Source of the DNA: Microbacteriaceae bacterium
GTDB lineage: Bacteria > Actinomycetota > Actinomycetes > Actinomycetales > Microbacteriaceae
DNA length: 61,496 bases
Direction of reading: 5' to 3'
Assembly: GCA_029979375.1 (NCBI GenBank)
Contig: JAPOHQ010000001.1
Span: 1-61,496, forward strand
The translations under genes were made by a program, and so were the position numbers. Shown here one piece after another: positions 9,554-18,562 of this stretch. The notes below the pieces were generated by a model that did no database searches, had not been told where the DNA came from, and saw only the letters and a program-made list of their open reading frames with translations. How positions within the stretch are numbered: position 1 is the stretch's first letter; the number at the start of each line of letters is the position of its first letter.

Positions 9554-10396
9554 GTGCAGGTGTTGAAAACTCCTCCGCAAAGGCTCTTTCACCTTGCGGA
9601 ACTCAGACTTAGGCGCCAGGACATTGGCGAGACGGCAACCTGGCACTTGGGCGTCGCGGGACCCCGCATCCTCTACATCCACGGCTTCAGAGGTAACCAC
9701 AGGGGGCTGTTAGGCATAGCAGGTGCCCTACCTGAGACTCGGGCAATCATTCCTGATCTCCCTGGATACTCAAAAACCCCGCCCCTGGGCGTTGAACATG
9801 ATCTCGAGGGCTATGCGAGGTGGCTCATAGATTTCAATGGGGAGCTTGGCGAAGTTGACTTGGTTGTTGCCCACAGCTTCGGAACGTTGGTTGCAGCCAA
9901 GGCGCTGTCACTTGGCTGGCAGCCCAGCAAGCTGACGCTGATCAACCCAATCAGTTCAGTCGCTACTGGACTTGGTGCAAGGCTTGCTGACCACTACTAC
10001 AAGCTTGGGGCGGCTCAGGGCTCCAACCTGCTGAGCTCTCAGCTGGTGGTTCGCGGAATGTCCGTCGCACTCGCCAAGACCAAGCGCCCCGGGCTGCGCA
10101 GCTTCATCCATCGTCAGCACTCAGACAACTTCTCGCAGTTCAATCAGAAACGGGTGGTCGTCGAGGGCTATCGGGCTGCCAGTGGCTCAAGCGTGCTGGA
10201 TATGGCGCAGTGGATACCCTCGGACACGCTGTTGATAGCGGGGGATAGGGATGCCGTTGCGCCGCTGGAGAGTCAAAGGAAACTCTCAGCTGCCACTGGG
10301 GCACGGCTCACGATACTTGAGGGTGTTGGTCACCTTACGCACTACGAACGGCCAAGCGAGCTCGCGGAGCTCCTGGCGGAAGAACTGAGGCGATAG
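9554..10396 (+). CDS. Alpha/beta fold hydrolase
   Basis: HGFRG oxyanion loop, PDLPGY, AHSFG nucleophile elbow, GDRD and GVGH triad candidates. Confidence 0.88.
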   Translation: MQVLKTPPQRLFHLAELRLRRQDIGETATWHLGVAGPRILYIHGFRGNHRGLLGIAGALPETRAIIPDLPGYSKTPPLGVEHDLEGYARWLIDFNGELGEVDLVVAHSFGTLVAAKALSLGWQPSKLTLINPISSVATGLGARLADHYYKLGAAQGSNLLSSQLVVRGMSVALAKTKRPGLRSFIHRQHSDNFSQFNQKRVVVEGYRAASGSSVLDMAQWIPSDTLLIAGDRDAVAPLESQRKLSAATGARLTILEGVGHLTHYERPSELAELLAEELRR

Positions 10397-10397
10397 C

Positions 10398-11480
10398 TTG
10401 CAAGGTCTTTGGTTTGATGGCCGCTACATAGATCCAGACCATCCCGATGGCATCACTAGGTTTTCGATTGGCCTTATCGAGGCTTTACTTGAAATTTCCG
10501 AGCTCACCGTCATGGTTTGTAACGAGAAGCAGGTGGCTCAGCTGCCCAAACACAAGGGCCTGAAACTCTATCGAACCAACCCAATTGCCGATCTCAGGGA
10601 GCTTGGCCAGGGGCTGCGCCTAAACAAAGAGGGTGTTCGGGTGCTGTTCTCGCCGATGCAAACGACTTCTGGCCTGGGACGCAAGTTCAAGCTGATCTAC
10701 ACCTTGCACGACCTGATCTACTACCGGCACCGCAACCCACCGGGGGAGTTCGGTCTCTTCATAAGAACGGTTTGGTTTCTCTACCACCTCACCTACATCC
10801 CGCAGCGCTTGATCCTGAATCTTGCGGATGCGGTTGCCACCGTGTCGGAGACAACCAAAGCTCAGATGTTGGAAAAGCGAATCACCAAGCGTCCGATCTA
10901 TGTGATTCACAATGCGGCAGAGGCTCCCGAGAGAGTTGCTCGAAAACCTCGGCACGAGAGCCGAGAACTCGTCTACATGGGGAGCTTCATCGGTTACAAG
11001 AACGTTGAGACCCTCATCCAGGGCATGCAGCAACTTCCCGACCACACTCTCGTCCTGCTCAGTCGCATCTCACCAACCCGCAAGGCTCAGCTGCAGCGCC
11101 TGGCAGACTCCCACGGCGCAAGAGTGCAGTTCGAAAACGGCGTCAGCGACGTTGACTACCACGAATGGCTGCACAGAGCCAAGGCACTTGTCAGCGCCTC
11201 GCTAGATGAGGGATTCGGCATCCCGCTGGTCGAGGCTATGGAACGTGGCTGCCCGGTGGTGGTGAGTGACATAGACATATTTGAAGAGGTTGCGGGGCCG
11301 GCTGGACTTCGGTTTAGCCCCAAGGACTCTAAGGAGTTTGCATCCTGCGTTCGATCGCTCGATGACGAGGAGACCTGGAAGCTTCAGTCAGATCTCGCAA
11401 AGGCGCAAGCCAAGTTCTTCACCTGGGACGATAGTGCTGAGCTGCTGATTGAGCTCTGTGAAGAGCTCCTAGAGTCCTAA
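10398..11480 (+). CDS. Glycosyltransferase family 4 protein
   Basis: TLHDLIY, YMGSFIGYKNV, EGFGIPLVEAM motifs. Confidence 0.9.
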   Translation: MQGLWFDGRYIDPDHPDGITRFSIGLIEALLEISELTVMVCNEKQVAQLPKHKGLKLYRTNPIADLRELGQGLRLNKEGVRVLFSPMQTTSGLGRKFKLIYTLHDLIYYRHRNPPGEFGLFIRTVWFLYHLTYIPQRLILNLADAVATVSETTKAQMLEKRITKRPIYVIHNAAEAPERVARKPRHESRELVYMGSFIGYKNVETLIQGMQQLPDHTLVLLSRISPTRKAQLQRLADSHGARVQFENGVSDVDYHEWLHRAKALVSASLDEGFGIPLVEAMERGCPVVVSDIDIFEEVAGPAGLRFSPKDSKEFASCVRSLDDEETWKLQSDLAKAQAKFFTWDDSAELLIELCEELLES

Positions 11481-12047
11481 AGGCCTGGGGGCCCAGGCAT
11501 CCAAGGTCCAGTCTCCGCTGTGTCTCAGCACGTGCAGCGAGGCATTCTCAAGGCGCTCTCCCTGAGGGGGGATCTGACCAGCGGTGACCTCGCTGAGCAC
11601 GAAGCGAATCAGCGCTCCATGGCTGACCGCCAGCACTTTCTTGCCAGCAAAACTTTCGGCCGCGTGCTCCAGCAGCTTTCTGGAGCGCTCCTCGATTGAA
11701 ACCTTGGATTCGGCTCCGGGAATCTCATCAAGCCGCGAGTACTTCTCGTGCCACTCCGAGTAGAGCATGCCCTCACCGATTCCAAAAGCACGTTCCATGA
11801 GCTGCTCCTCTATCGCCACCTCATCGATCCCGAGCCTTTGAGCAATTAGCTCTGCGGAATGGCGAGCCCGGCCAAGGGGCGAGCTCAAAACGAGGTCCCA
11901 GTGCTCCTCAGCAATTTTTTCGGCAGCACGCTCGACCTGCTCGATGCCGACGGCATTCATTGGAATATCTGTGGTGCCCTGAAGCCTGAGGTCAATGTTC
12001 CAGTCGGTCTGGCCGTGACGGAACAGACCCAGCGTCGTCTCAGTCAT
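11469..12047 (-). CDS. Histidine phosphatase (phosphoglycerate mutase family)
   Basis: RHGQTDWN, SSPLGRA, VSHG motifs. Confidence 0.92.
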   Translation of the reverse strand: MTETTLGLFRHGQTDWNIDLRLQGTTDIPMNAVGIEQVERAAEKIAEEHWDLVLSSPLGRARHSAELIAQRLGIDEVAIEEQLMERAFGIGEGMLYSEWHEKYSRLDEIPGAESKVSIEERSRKLLEHAAESFAGKKVLAVSHGALIRFVLSEVTAGQIPPQGERLENASLHVLRHSGDWTLDAWAPRPLGL

Positions 12048-12867
12048 TGAGCAGCAGCTCCAAAACCTCGGTGGTGGAGGCGTTGATCCTGGCGTCGACT
12101 ATCTCATCGGCCTTGGTTTTTCCCAGGTTTACCACCACAACGGGCTTGGCCGCCTCCTTAGCCCGCTTTACAAGTCGCAGGCCGGAGTTGACGGTCAGGG
12201 AGCTTCCGGCAATTAGGATTGCCTCCGCCTCATCCACAAGGCCACTGGCGCGTTCCACCCGATCCTTGGGAACCTGCTCGCCGAAAAAGACCACGTCAGG
12301 CTTGTAATGCGAGGAGCACGCCGGGCAGTTCGGCACCCGGAAGTCCTTAGCCACCATTACCTCGGCATCACCGTCGGGGGAAAACTCCACGCTCAGGTCT
12401 TTTTTGAGCTCGGGGTTTAGCAATGCTATGCGCTTATCCATCTCGGAGCGGGAGATAATCTCGCCGCAGCCGGTGCAGAGCACGCGATCCAGGCGACCGT
12501 GGAGCTCCAAGACAGCCTTGGATCCGGCCTTTTGATGTAAGCCATCAACGTTTTGAGTGATTATTCCGAAGACCCCGCCTGACTGCTCGGCCTTGGCCAG
12601 GGCAAAGTGTCCGGGGTTGGGATTGGCTTCCGCAATGCGGTTGTAGCCAACGTAACTTCTGGCCCAGTAGCGAGCCTGATTTGCGGCCGAGCCCATGAAC
12701 TCATCGAAGGTAAGGGGGTGCTTTTGCACTCGGCCCTCGCCGCGGTAATCCGGGATCCCGCTCGCGGTCGAGATTCCGGCCCCCGTCAGAACAAGGATTC
12801 TTTTGCCGCTGAGTAAAGATTTGGCGTGACTGAGCGAGTAGCTAATGGCTGGGCTGAGTTCGGTCAC
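12040..12867 (-). CDS. Sir2 family NAD-dependent deacylase (class II/SIRT4-like)
   Basis: GAGISTASGIPDYRG, YWARS, TQNVDGLH, HG, two CxxC pairs, KPDVVFFGE, GSSL; start set at GTG 12867 after a TAGAAT -10. Confidence 0.93.
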   Translation of the reverse strand: MTELSPAISYSLSHAKSLLSGKRILVLTGAGISTASGIPDYRGEGRVQKHPLTFDEFMGSAANQARYWARSYVGYNRIAEANPNPGHFALAKAEQSGGVFGIITQNVDGLHQKAGSKAVLELHGRLDRVLCTGCGEIISRSEMDKRIALLNPELKKDLSVEFSPDGDAEVMVAKDFRVPNCPACSSHYKPDVVFFGEQVPKDRVERASGLVDEAEAILIAGSSLTVNSGLRLVKRAKEAAKPVVVVNLGKTKADEIVDARINASTTEVLELLLND

Positions 12868-12894
12868 CAAAGGATTCTACTTTGGTCAAGTGAG

Positions 12895-12978
12895 TGTCCG
12901 AGGGGGGACTTGAACCCCCACCCTCTATGCGAGGACTAGCACCTCAAGCTAGCGCGTCTACCATTCCGCCACCCGGAC
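12895..12978 (-). tRNA. tRNA-Leu (anticodon GAG)
   Basis: Reverse complement GTCCGGGTGGCGGAATGGTAGACGCG-CTAGC-TT-GAG-GT-GCTAG, long variable arm, GGGGGTTCAAGTCCCCC, CTCGGACA; CCA not encoded. Confidence 0.96.
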
Positions 12979-13062
12979 AGGCGATGCACAATCTATCACG
13001 AAAGACTCGCCCCCATACCCGAGGTGTTTGGTTTGTGGGTGGCAAACCGATAGTTTTTTAGC

Positions 13063-13269
13063 ATGCATGAAGATGCAACGGTTGCCCTGCAGAGGCTTGT
13101 TACGGCCCTGGAGCGCCATCTCGATGCGTGCGCAACCAAGCGAGACGGAACCGATGAGGCTCTTAATAAGGCCTACGACCAGCTCGAGGAGGCCTTCCTG
13201 GGCTACGAGGAAGCTCTGCAGCAGAGCTATGGCGAATACCTGCCCTTCGAGCAGGCTGAGGATCAGTGA
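13063..13269 (+). CDS. Small acidic helical hypothetical protein
   Basis: 68 aa, ALERHL...YEEAL..YGEYLPF; TAGTTT -10 lies 6 nt before ATG; GTGA overlap with uppP. Confidence 0.75.
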   Translation: MHEDATVALQRLVTALERHLDACATKRDGTDEALNKAYDQLEEAFLGYEEALQQSYGEYLPFEQAEDQ

Positions 13270-14093
13270 GCTTTCTAGAGGCCATTCTGCTTGGCCTGAT
13301 TCAGGGCCTAACTGAGTTTCTTCCCATCTCATCCTCGGCACACGTGCAGATTGCCCAGGAGCTGATGGGCTTAAGCGAACTCTCAAAACCCGAGCTCACG
13401 GCATTCATAGCGACAATTCAGATTGGCACGGAACTGGCGGTCATCAGCTACTTCTTCAAGACCATCGTGGAGATCATCAAGTCCTGGTTTAGTTCAGGTT
13501 TTCAGGCGTGGGGTAGGCAACCATCTCAGGCGCGGCTTGGTTGGCTGATCATTATCGGCAGCCTCCCGGTTGCGATCCTGGGTCTTGCATTTCGCGACCA
13601 GATCGAAAACGATGTGAGGCAGCTGTGGGTCATTGGAGTAACACTGATTGTCTTCGGCCTCCTGCTGGGGCTGGCGGACTTCTTTGGCAAGAAGCGCAAG
13701 CCGCTGTCTGAACTTGGCATCGGGAGTGGTGTGGCGTTTGGCTTCGGGCAGGCGCTGGCCCTGATTCCTGGGGTGTCTAGGTCGGGTGGCTCAATCAGCG
13801 TTGGCCTGCTGCTGGGATTCACTCGCGAAGCCGCAGCTCGCTACAGCTTTCTGCTCGCAATACCGGCCGTGCTGGCAGCGGGGCTGTTTCAATTTCTGAC
13901 AAGCTTCCAAGATCTTCCCGGCGAGCTGCTGGTGGCAACGATTGTCGCGACTGTAGTCAGCTTCATCTCAGGCTACGCGGTAATTGCGTGGCTACTGAGC
14001 TACCTCAACAGGGGATCGTTCCTGCCATTTGTCATCTGGCGGGTAACCGTTGGAGCATTGCTGCTGGTCGCGCTAGGGCTGGGAGCTATCTAG
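13266..14093 (+). CDS. uppP: Undecaprenyl-diphosphate phosphatase
   Basis: QGLTEFLPISSSAH, ALIPGVSRSG, AARYSFLLAIP. Confidence 0.96.
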   Translation: MSFLEAILLGLIQGLTEFLPISSSAHVQIAQELMGLSELSKPELTAFIATIQIGTELAVISYFFKTIVEIIKSWFSSGFQAWGRQPSQARLGWLIIIGSLPVAILGLAFRDQIENDVRQLWVIGVTLIVFGLLLGLADFFGKKRKPLSELGIGSGVAFGFGQALALIPGVSRSGGSISVGLLLGFTREAAARYSFLLAIPAVLAAGLFQFLTSFQDLPGELLVATIVATVVSFISGYAVIAWLLSYLNRGSFLPFVIWRVTVGALLLVALGLGAI

Positions 14094-14941
14094 GCTCCTT
14101 CGCCCCCGGTCTCAGGACGCTGCCTAAGGTAACGCTCGAATTCCTTCGCAAGAGCATCACCGGAAACCTGTTCGCTATCCATGGCATCCCTACTGCTCTC
14201 TAACTGGGAGACGTAGGCTGCCATCTCGTCATCGCCCTGAGCCATCTCATCAATCGAGCGCTCCCACTCGCCGGAGAGTTCAGACAACACATCAAGACTG
14301 AAGTCAAAGCCCGTCAGCAAATTGATCTCCTGGATGAAGCTCATCGCTGCCTTTGGATTTGTGGTGTTGTGGACGTAGTGGGGGACCGATCCCCAGAGCG
14401 AGAGCACCGGGATACCCTCCGACTCAAATGCCTGGGCAAGGACCGTGAGAATGCCTACAGGGCCTTCATAGCGTGAGGGTTCCAGGTCGAACTTCTCGCG
14501 CAGCGACTGGTTCTGCGAGCTCTTTAAGACCTGCATCGGCCTGGTGTGGGGAACATCCGCGAGCATCGCACCGAGCATGATCACGTGATCGATTTCTCGG
14601 TCCTCCACCATCTCCAAAACTTCACCGGCGAAGCTCAGCCAGCGCCTGGATGGTTCGGTGCCCATCAGCAGAAATAGGTTTTCGAGGTTTGGATTGGCGG
14701 CAATCTCTGAAGCATCGGGGTGGAGGAGTTCGGTTCCCGGCCAGGAGAGGACTCGGTTACCCTCCTCGTCAAATTCCACCATCGGCCTGGAGAACTGGAA
14801 GTCGTAGTAGTCCTCAGGGTCCACTGCCTCCAGGGTCTTCATCTCAAACTGCTCGGCAATTGCCTTCAGGGCTCCGGATGCGCCTTCGGTGGCATCGTTC
14901 CAGCCCTCAAAGGCGACCAGCAGTATTCGACCGCTCAGCAT
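14090..14941 (-). CDS. PAC2 family protein (proteasome assembly chaperone-like)
   Basis: AFEGWNDA, DPEDYYDFQFSRP, GTEP, LGAMLADVPHTRP, YEGPVGI, VPHY, EFERYLR. Confidence 0.9.
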   Translation of the reverse strand: MLSGRILLVAFEGWNDATEGASGALKAIAEQFEMKTLEAVDPEDYYDFQFSRPMVEFDEEGNRVLSWPGTELLHPDASEIAANPNLENLFLLMGTEPSRRWLSFAGEVLEMVEDREIDHVIMLGAMLADVPHTRPMQVLKSSQNQSLREKFDLEPSRYEGPVGILTVLAQAFESEGIPVLSLWGSVPHYVHNTTNPKAAMSFIQEINLLTGFDFSLDVLSELSGEWERSIDEMAQGDDEMAAYVSQLESSRDAMDSEQVSGDALAKEFERYLRQRPETGGEGA

Positions 14942-14999
14942 TTAACTCCTTGGGTTCAACTTAGAACTCTAATTCAAGCCTCAAACTAGACTTGCCCCA

Positions 15000-15668
15000 A
15001 TGGCACAAAACTCATTCCCGCTTGCCGTGCTCTGGGACATGGACGGAACCCTCGTGGATTCCGAGCACTACTGGTCGATTAGTCAAAACAACCTTGCCCA
15101 AGTTTACGGCGCCCACTGGAGCGAAGAGGATGAGAAGGGCGTCATCGGCTCAAGCCTTTACGACTCCTCGGCGCTAATCAAGGACAAGTTTCAGATTCAA
15201 GACAAGAGCGTCCAGGAAATCATTGATCACCTGACCGATGAGGTGATCGAGCAACTTAGAGCTGCCCTGCCATGGCGACCTGGGGCGCTCGAGCTTCTGA
15301 TGGAGCTCAAGCAGGCCGGAATCAAGACGGCCATGGTGACCATGTCGATGCGGAGGATGGCGATGGCCGTCGCAGAGTCAATCCCTTTTCCTGCCTTCGA
15401 CGTTGTGATTGCCGGCGATGATGTGAAATACGGTAAGCCCCACCCCGAGCCATATCTGACCGCAGCAGCGCGCCTGGGTGTCCACCCGAGCGAGTGCATT
15501 GCATTCGAGGATTCGATCACGGGTCTGAACTCCGCAGCGGCTGCCGGCACCCACGCAATCGGTGTCACAAACCTGCTCACCCTGCCCGAGGGGCCAGACC
15601 GCCGAATTATCTCTACCCTTGTTGGTCTAAGTGCTAAAAATCTTCACGAATTGAGACTGGATGCCTGA
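15000..15668 (+). CDS. HAD family phosphatase
   Basis: WDMDGTLVDSE, GKPHPEPYL, FEDS motifs. Confidence 0.92.
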   Translation: MAQNSFPLAVLWDMDGTLVDSEHYWSISQNNLAQVYGAHWSEEDEKGVIGSSLYDSSALIKDKFQIQDKSVQEIIDHLTDEVIEQLRAALPWRPGALELLMELKQAGIKTAMVTMSMRRMAMAVAESIPFPAFDVVIAGDDVKYGKPHPEPYLTAAARLGVHPSECIAFEDSITGLNSAAAAGTHAIGVTNLLTLPEGPDRRIISTLVGLSAKNLHELRLDA

Positions 15669-16620
15669 GATCTTCAAAGCGGGTGACCGCGCCCAACTGA
15701 CCGGACCCAAGGGCAAGATGAACACCATCGTGCTCGAGAGCGGCAAATCGCTCGGCACCCACCGCGGCGAAATCTTCCACGACCAGATCATTGGAAAACC
15801 CTCTGGCTCGGTTATTGAAAACAAGAACGGCGATAAGTATCTGGTCCTAAAGCCTCTGCTGAGCGACTATGTCCTATCAATGCCGCGCGGGGCCCAGATC
15901 GTTTATCCCAAGGATGCCGGCCAAATTATCGTTGAGGGAGACATCTTCCCGGGCGCCAAAGTGATAGAGGCAGGCGTGGGTTCCGGGGCCCTCAGCTCAT
16001 ATCTGCTCCGCGCGATCGGCGAAAAGGGCAAGCTGACCTCATTTGAGCGTCGTGAAGAGTTTGCCGAGATTGCCAAGGCCAACGTAGCCAACTTCCTTCA
16101 GCAGGAGCCAAAGAACTGGGAGGTCGTCATTGGCGACCTTCAGGAGGGTGGTAAGCACCTCAAGTCGGCAGGCTATGACCGAGCGGTATTAGACATGCTT
16201 GCACCCTGGGAGTGCATAGCAGCCGTTGCCAAGGCGCTTAGGCCCGGTGGGATGGTAATTATCTACGTCGCTACAGTTACCCAGCTCTCTCGCTCCGTGG
16301 AGGCTCTCAAGGCTCACGGCGGCTTCACCAATCCGCAGGCCTGGGAAACCATGGTCAGACCCTGGCACCTCGACGGATTGGCGGTCAGGCCCGAGCACCG
16401 CATGGTCGCCCACACAGGTTTTCTGCTATCGGCCAGGCGGCTTGCGCCCGGCACTGAACTACCGGAATTCAAGACCAGAAGAGTCAACAAAACCGAGGCG
16501 AGCGCCGAGGACTTCGACGCCTGGTTGCCAGACGATGTCGGAGAGCGCCAGGTTAGTGAGAAAAAGCTGAGAAAGACCGTTAGAAAGGTCACATCAGAGG
16601 CCGAAAAGCGGAAGAATTAG
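15661..16620 (+). CDS. trmI: tRNA (adenine58-N1)-methyltransferase
   Basis: MPRGAQIVYPKD, EAGVGSGALS, LDMLAPW, VRPEHRMVAHTGF. Confidence 0.95.
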   Translation: MPEIFKAGDRAQLTGPKGKMNTIVLESGKSLGTHRGEIFHDQIIGKPSGSVIENKNGDKYLVLKPLLSDYVLSMPRGAQIVYPKDAGQIIVEGDIFPGAKVIEAGVGSGALSSYLLRAIGEKGKLTSFERREEFAEIAKANVANFLQQEPKNWEVVIGDLQEGGKHLKSAGYDRAVLDMLAPWECIAAVAKALRPGGMVIIYVATVTQLSRSVEALKAHGGFTNPQAWETMVRPWHLDGLAVRPEHRMVAHTGFLLSARRLAPGTELPEFKTRRVNKTEASAEDFDAWLPDDVGERQVSEKKLRKTVRKVTSEAEKRKN

Positions 16621-16643
16621 CACACCACCGAGAAGGAAAAACC

Positions 16644-17609
16644 TTGAAGAAAATCACCACCCTGGCCCTTGTCACGCTGCTCTTGAGCGGTTGCGCTTCC
16701 GAACCCGAAGGGCCTAAGGACTACGCTGCCTTAGCGGCTGGGCTTGCCGCAGGATGTGAGTCGTATTCGACCGGAGCCGGGGCCGACCTCGTTAGCTCCG
16801 AGGGCGCCATCGGTGAGTTTCCAGAAGTGAGCTTTCCATACCCGATTTCCGGGGAGGGTGTAGAGACCAAGGTTCTGATTGCGGGAGATGGCGGGCCCAT
16901 CCTCGGCACCCAGCGCGTGGCGCTGCACTATGCCGGCTATAACGCTGCCACAGGTGAAATGTTCCAGGCCAGCAGCTTCACCGGTGACGACTATGTCTTC
17001 CAAGACCTGCTTGCTGGAAACACCCCTGATTTCTGTAAGGCGCTGACCGGTGTAAATGTTGGCTCGAGAGTGGCCGTGCTGCTTGATCCAGCCTCGGCTC
17101 ACCAGGGTGCTGGCATCGCGTCGTTGGGAATTGGTCCCGACCAAGGTGTGCTCTTCGTCTTCGATGTTGTCGACGCCTACCTTCCAAGGGCAAATGGGGA
17201 CGCTAAGAGTGCCGAGGCAGGAATGCCAACGGTGATCCTGGCTCCACAGGGACAACCCGGAGTTCAGATTCCAGCCACCGACGCTCCAACCGAGTTCAAC
17301 AGAACCGTATTGATTGAAGGTGGCGGTGAGGAGATTGCCATCGGCGACTCCGTGGTTGTGCACTACACCGGATGGACCTGGGAGGGAGACCAGTTCGACT
17401 CGTCCTGGGATCGTCAGGCACCGTCGGTCTTCACGGTTTCCTCCGACAGTCTGATTGAAGGGTTTGTGCAGGCGCTTGAGGGAGTCACGGTTGGTTCCCA
17501 GGTAATCGCCGTCATTCCACCAGACCTTGGATACGGGGACAGGGCACAAGGTTCGATTCCGGCAGGTTCGACGCTTATATTCGTAGTGGACGTTCTGGGT
17601 AAGGACTAG
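16644..17609 (+). CDS. FKBP-type peptidyl-prolyl isomerase, lipoprotein with two FKBP-like domains
   Basis: Lipobox LLSGC; C-terminal domain VHYTG..FDSSW..IPPDLGYG..IPAGSTLIFVVD; more divergent N-terminal copy. Confidence 0.9.
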   Translation: MKKITTLALVTLLLSGCASEPEGPKDYAALAAGLAAGCESYSTGAGADLVSSEGAIGEFPEVSFPYPISGEGVETKVLIAGDGGPILGTQRVALHYAGYNAATGEMFQASSFTGDDYVFQDLLAGNTPDFCKALTGVNVGSRVAVLLDPASAHQGAGIASLGIGPDQGVLFVFDVVDAYLPRANGDAKSAEAGMPTVILAPQGQPGVQIPATDAPTEFNRTVLIEGGGEEIAIGDSVVVHYTGWTWEGDQFDSSWDRQAPSVFTVSSDSLIEGFVQALEGVTVGSQVIAVIPPDLGYGDRAQGSIPAGSTLIFVVDVLGKD

Positions 17610-17623
17610 TTCTAGGGGGTAGG

Positions 17624-18562
17624 TTGCCAACGCAGTCGCCAGCCGAGAGGCTTTTCACCCTAACCTGCTGCCTGATGGCTGCCCCTCGCCAGGGTCTTAG
17701 CAAGCAGGACCTCTTCGATGCCGTTCCCGGCTATCACGATGCACGCAACACCGACGCCCGGGAAAAGATGTTCGATCGCGACAAGGACACCCTGCGGGAC
17801 ATGGGAGTCAGGCTCGAAATAGTTCACGTCGACTCCTTTGATGATGCCGAGGCCTCGCGCTACGTGATCGGTCGCGGCAGCTTCGACTGGCCCGCAGAGC
17901 TCTCCCTGAATTCCAATCAGCTAGCTCTCGTCGAATTGGCGGCGAAGGCATGGAACAACCAGTTGTTTGCAACCAGTGCCAAGAGTGGCCTAACGCGCCT
18001 GAAGGCCAGGGGGATAGTTGAGGCGGACCGCGAGCTGAGTTTCATCTCGCCGCGCCTTCTTGCCCGGCACGCGGCTTTCAGCCCGTTAGCGGAGGCTATT
18101 TCGGAGTCCAAGGTGGTGGTTCTCGAATATCGCAAGGCCGATGGCGACCAGAAGCTTCGGGAACTCGAGCCTGCAAAGCTGCGTTTGATCGAGGGGGAGT
18201 GGGTGCTTTTGGCCCGCGAGCGTGGCCAAATCAAGAACTTCCTTTTGCGACGAATTGTCAGCAAGGTGAAGCTCACCGAAGAGCAATTCAAGCCCGCTAG
18301 CGATGAGGAGATTGCTCAGGCCGAGGCAGACCTAATTGCGCTTGTTGCGCAGCAAGAGGCTGAGATAGAGGTTCTCGAGGACTCCGAGGCCTTCTGGCAC
18401 TTTGGTGCACAGGCCACCCGGATAACCCTCCACTACATGGACGAGGCGCTGCTTGCTGAGGACCTATTGGAGTTTGGTTCAGAGGTGAGCGTGATAGGGC
18501 CAGAGGGTCTGAAGGAGCGAATCCACTCCCGTCTCGAGGCGGTGATCGCCACTCATGCCTAA
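17624..18562 (+). CDS. pafB: WYL-domain transcriptional regulator PafB
   Basis: AERLFTL, REKMFDRDKDTLRDMGV HTH region, WYL-like EWVL, WCX tail; position upstream of pafC-tatAC. Confidence 0.88.
   Translation: MPTQSPAERLFTLTCCLMAAPRQGLSKQDLFDAVPGYHDARNTDAREKMFDRDKDTLRDMGVRLEIVHVDSFDDAEASRYVIGRGSFDWPAELSLNSNQLALVELAAKAWNNQLFATSAKSGLTRLKARGIVEADRELSFISPRLLARHAAFSPLAEAISESKVVVLEYRKADGDQKLRELEPAKLRLIEGEWVLLARERGQIKNFLLRRIVSKVKLTEEQFKPASDEEIAQAEADLIALVAQQEAEIEVLEDSEAFWHFGAQATRITLHYMDEALLAEDLLEFGSEVSVIGPEGLKERIHSRLEAVIATHA

Noticed and set aside
11469-12978. Genomic island at the tRNA-Leu 3' end, or the sirtuin as a defence gene
   Set aside because: No integrase or att repeat; the sirtuin is an ordinary zinc-binding class II deacylase without defence partners.
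16731-17630. 299-aa minus-strand ORF
   Set aside because: Antisense shadow of the FKBP gene with no recognisable motifs; expected in GC-rich coding DNA.
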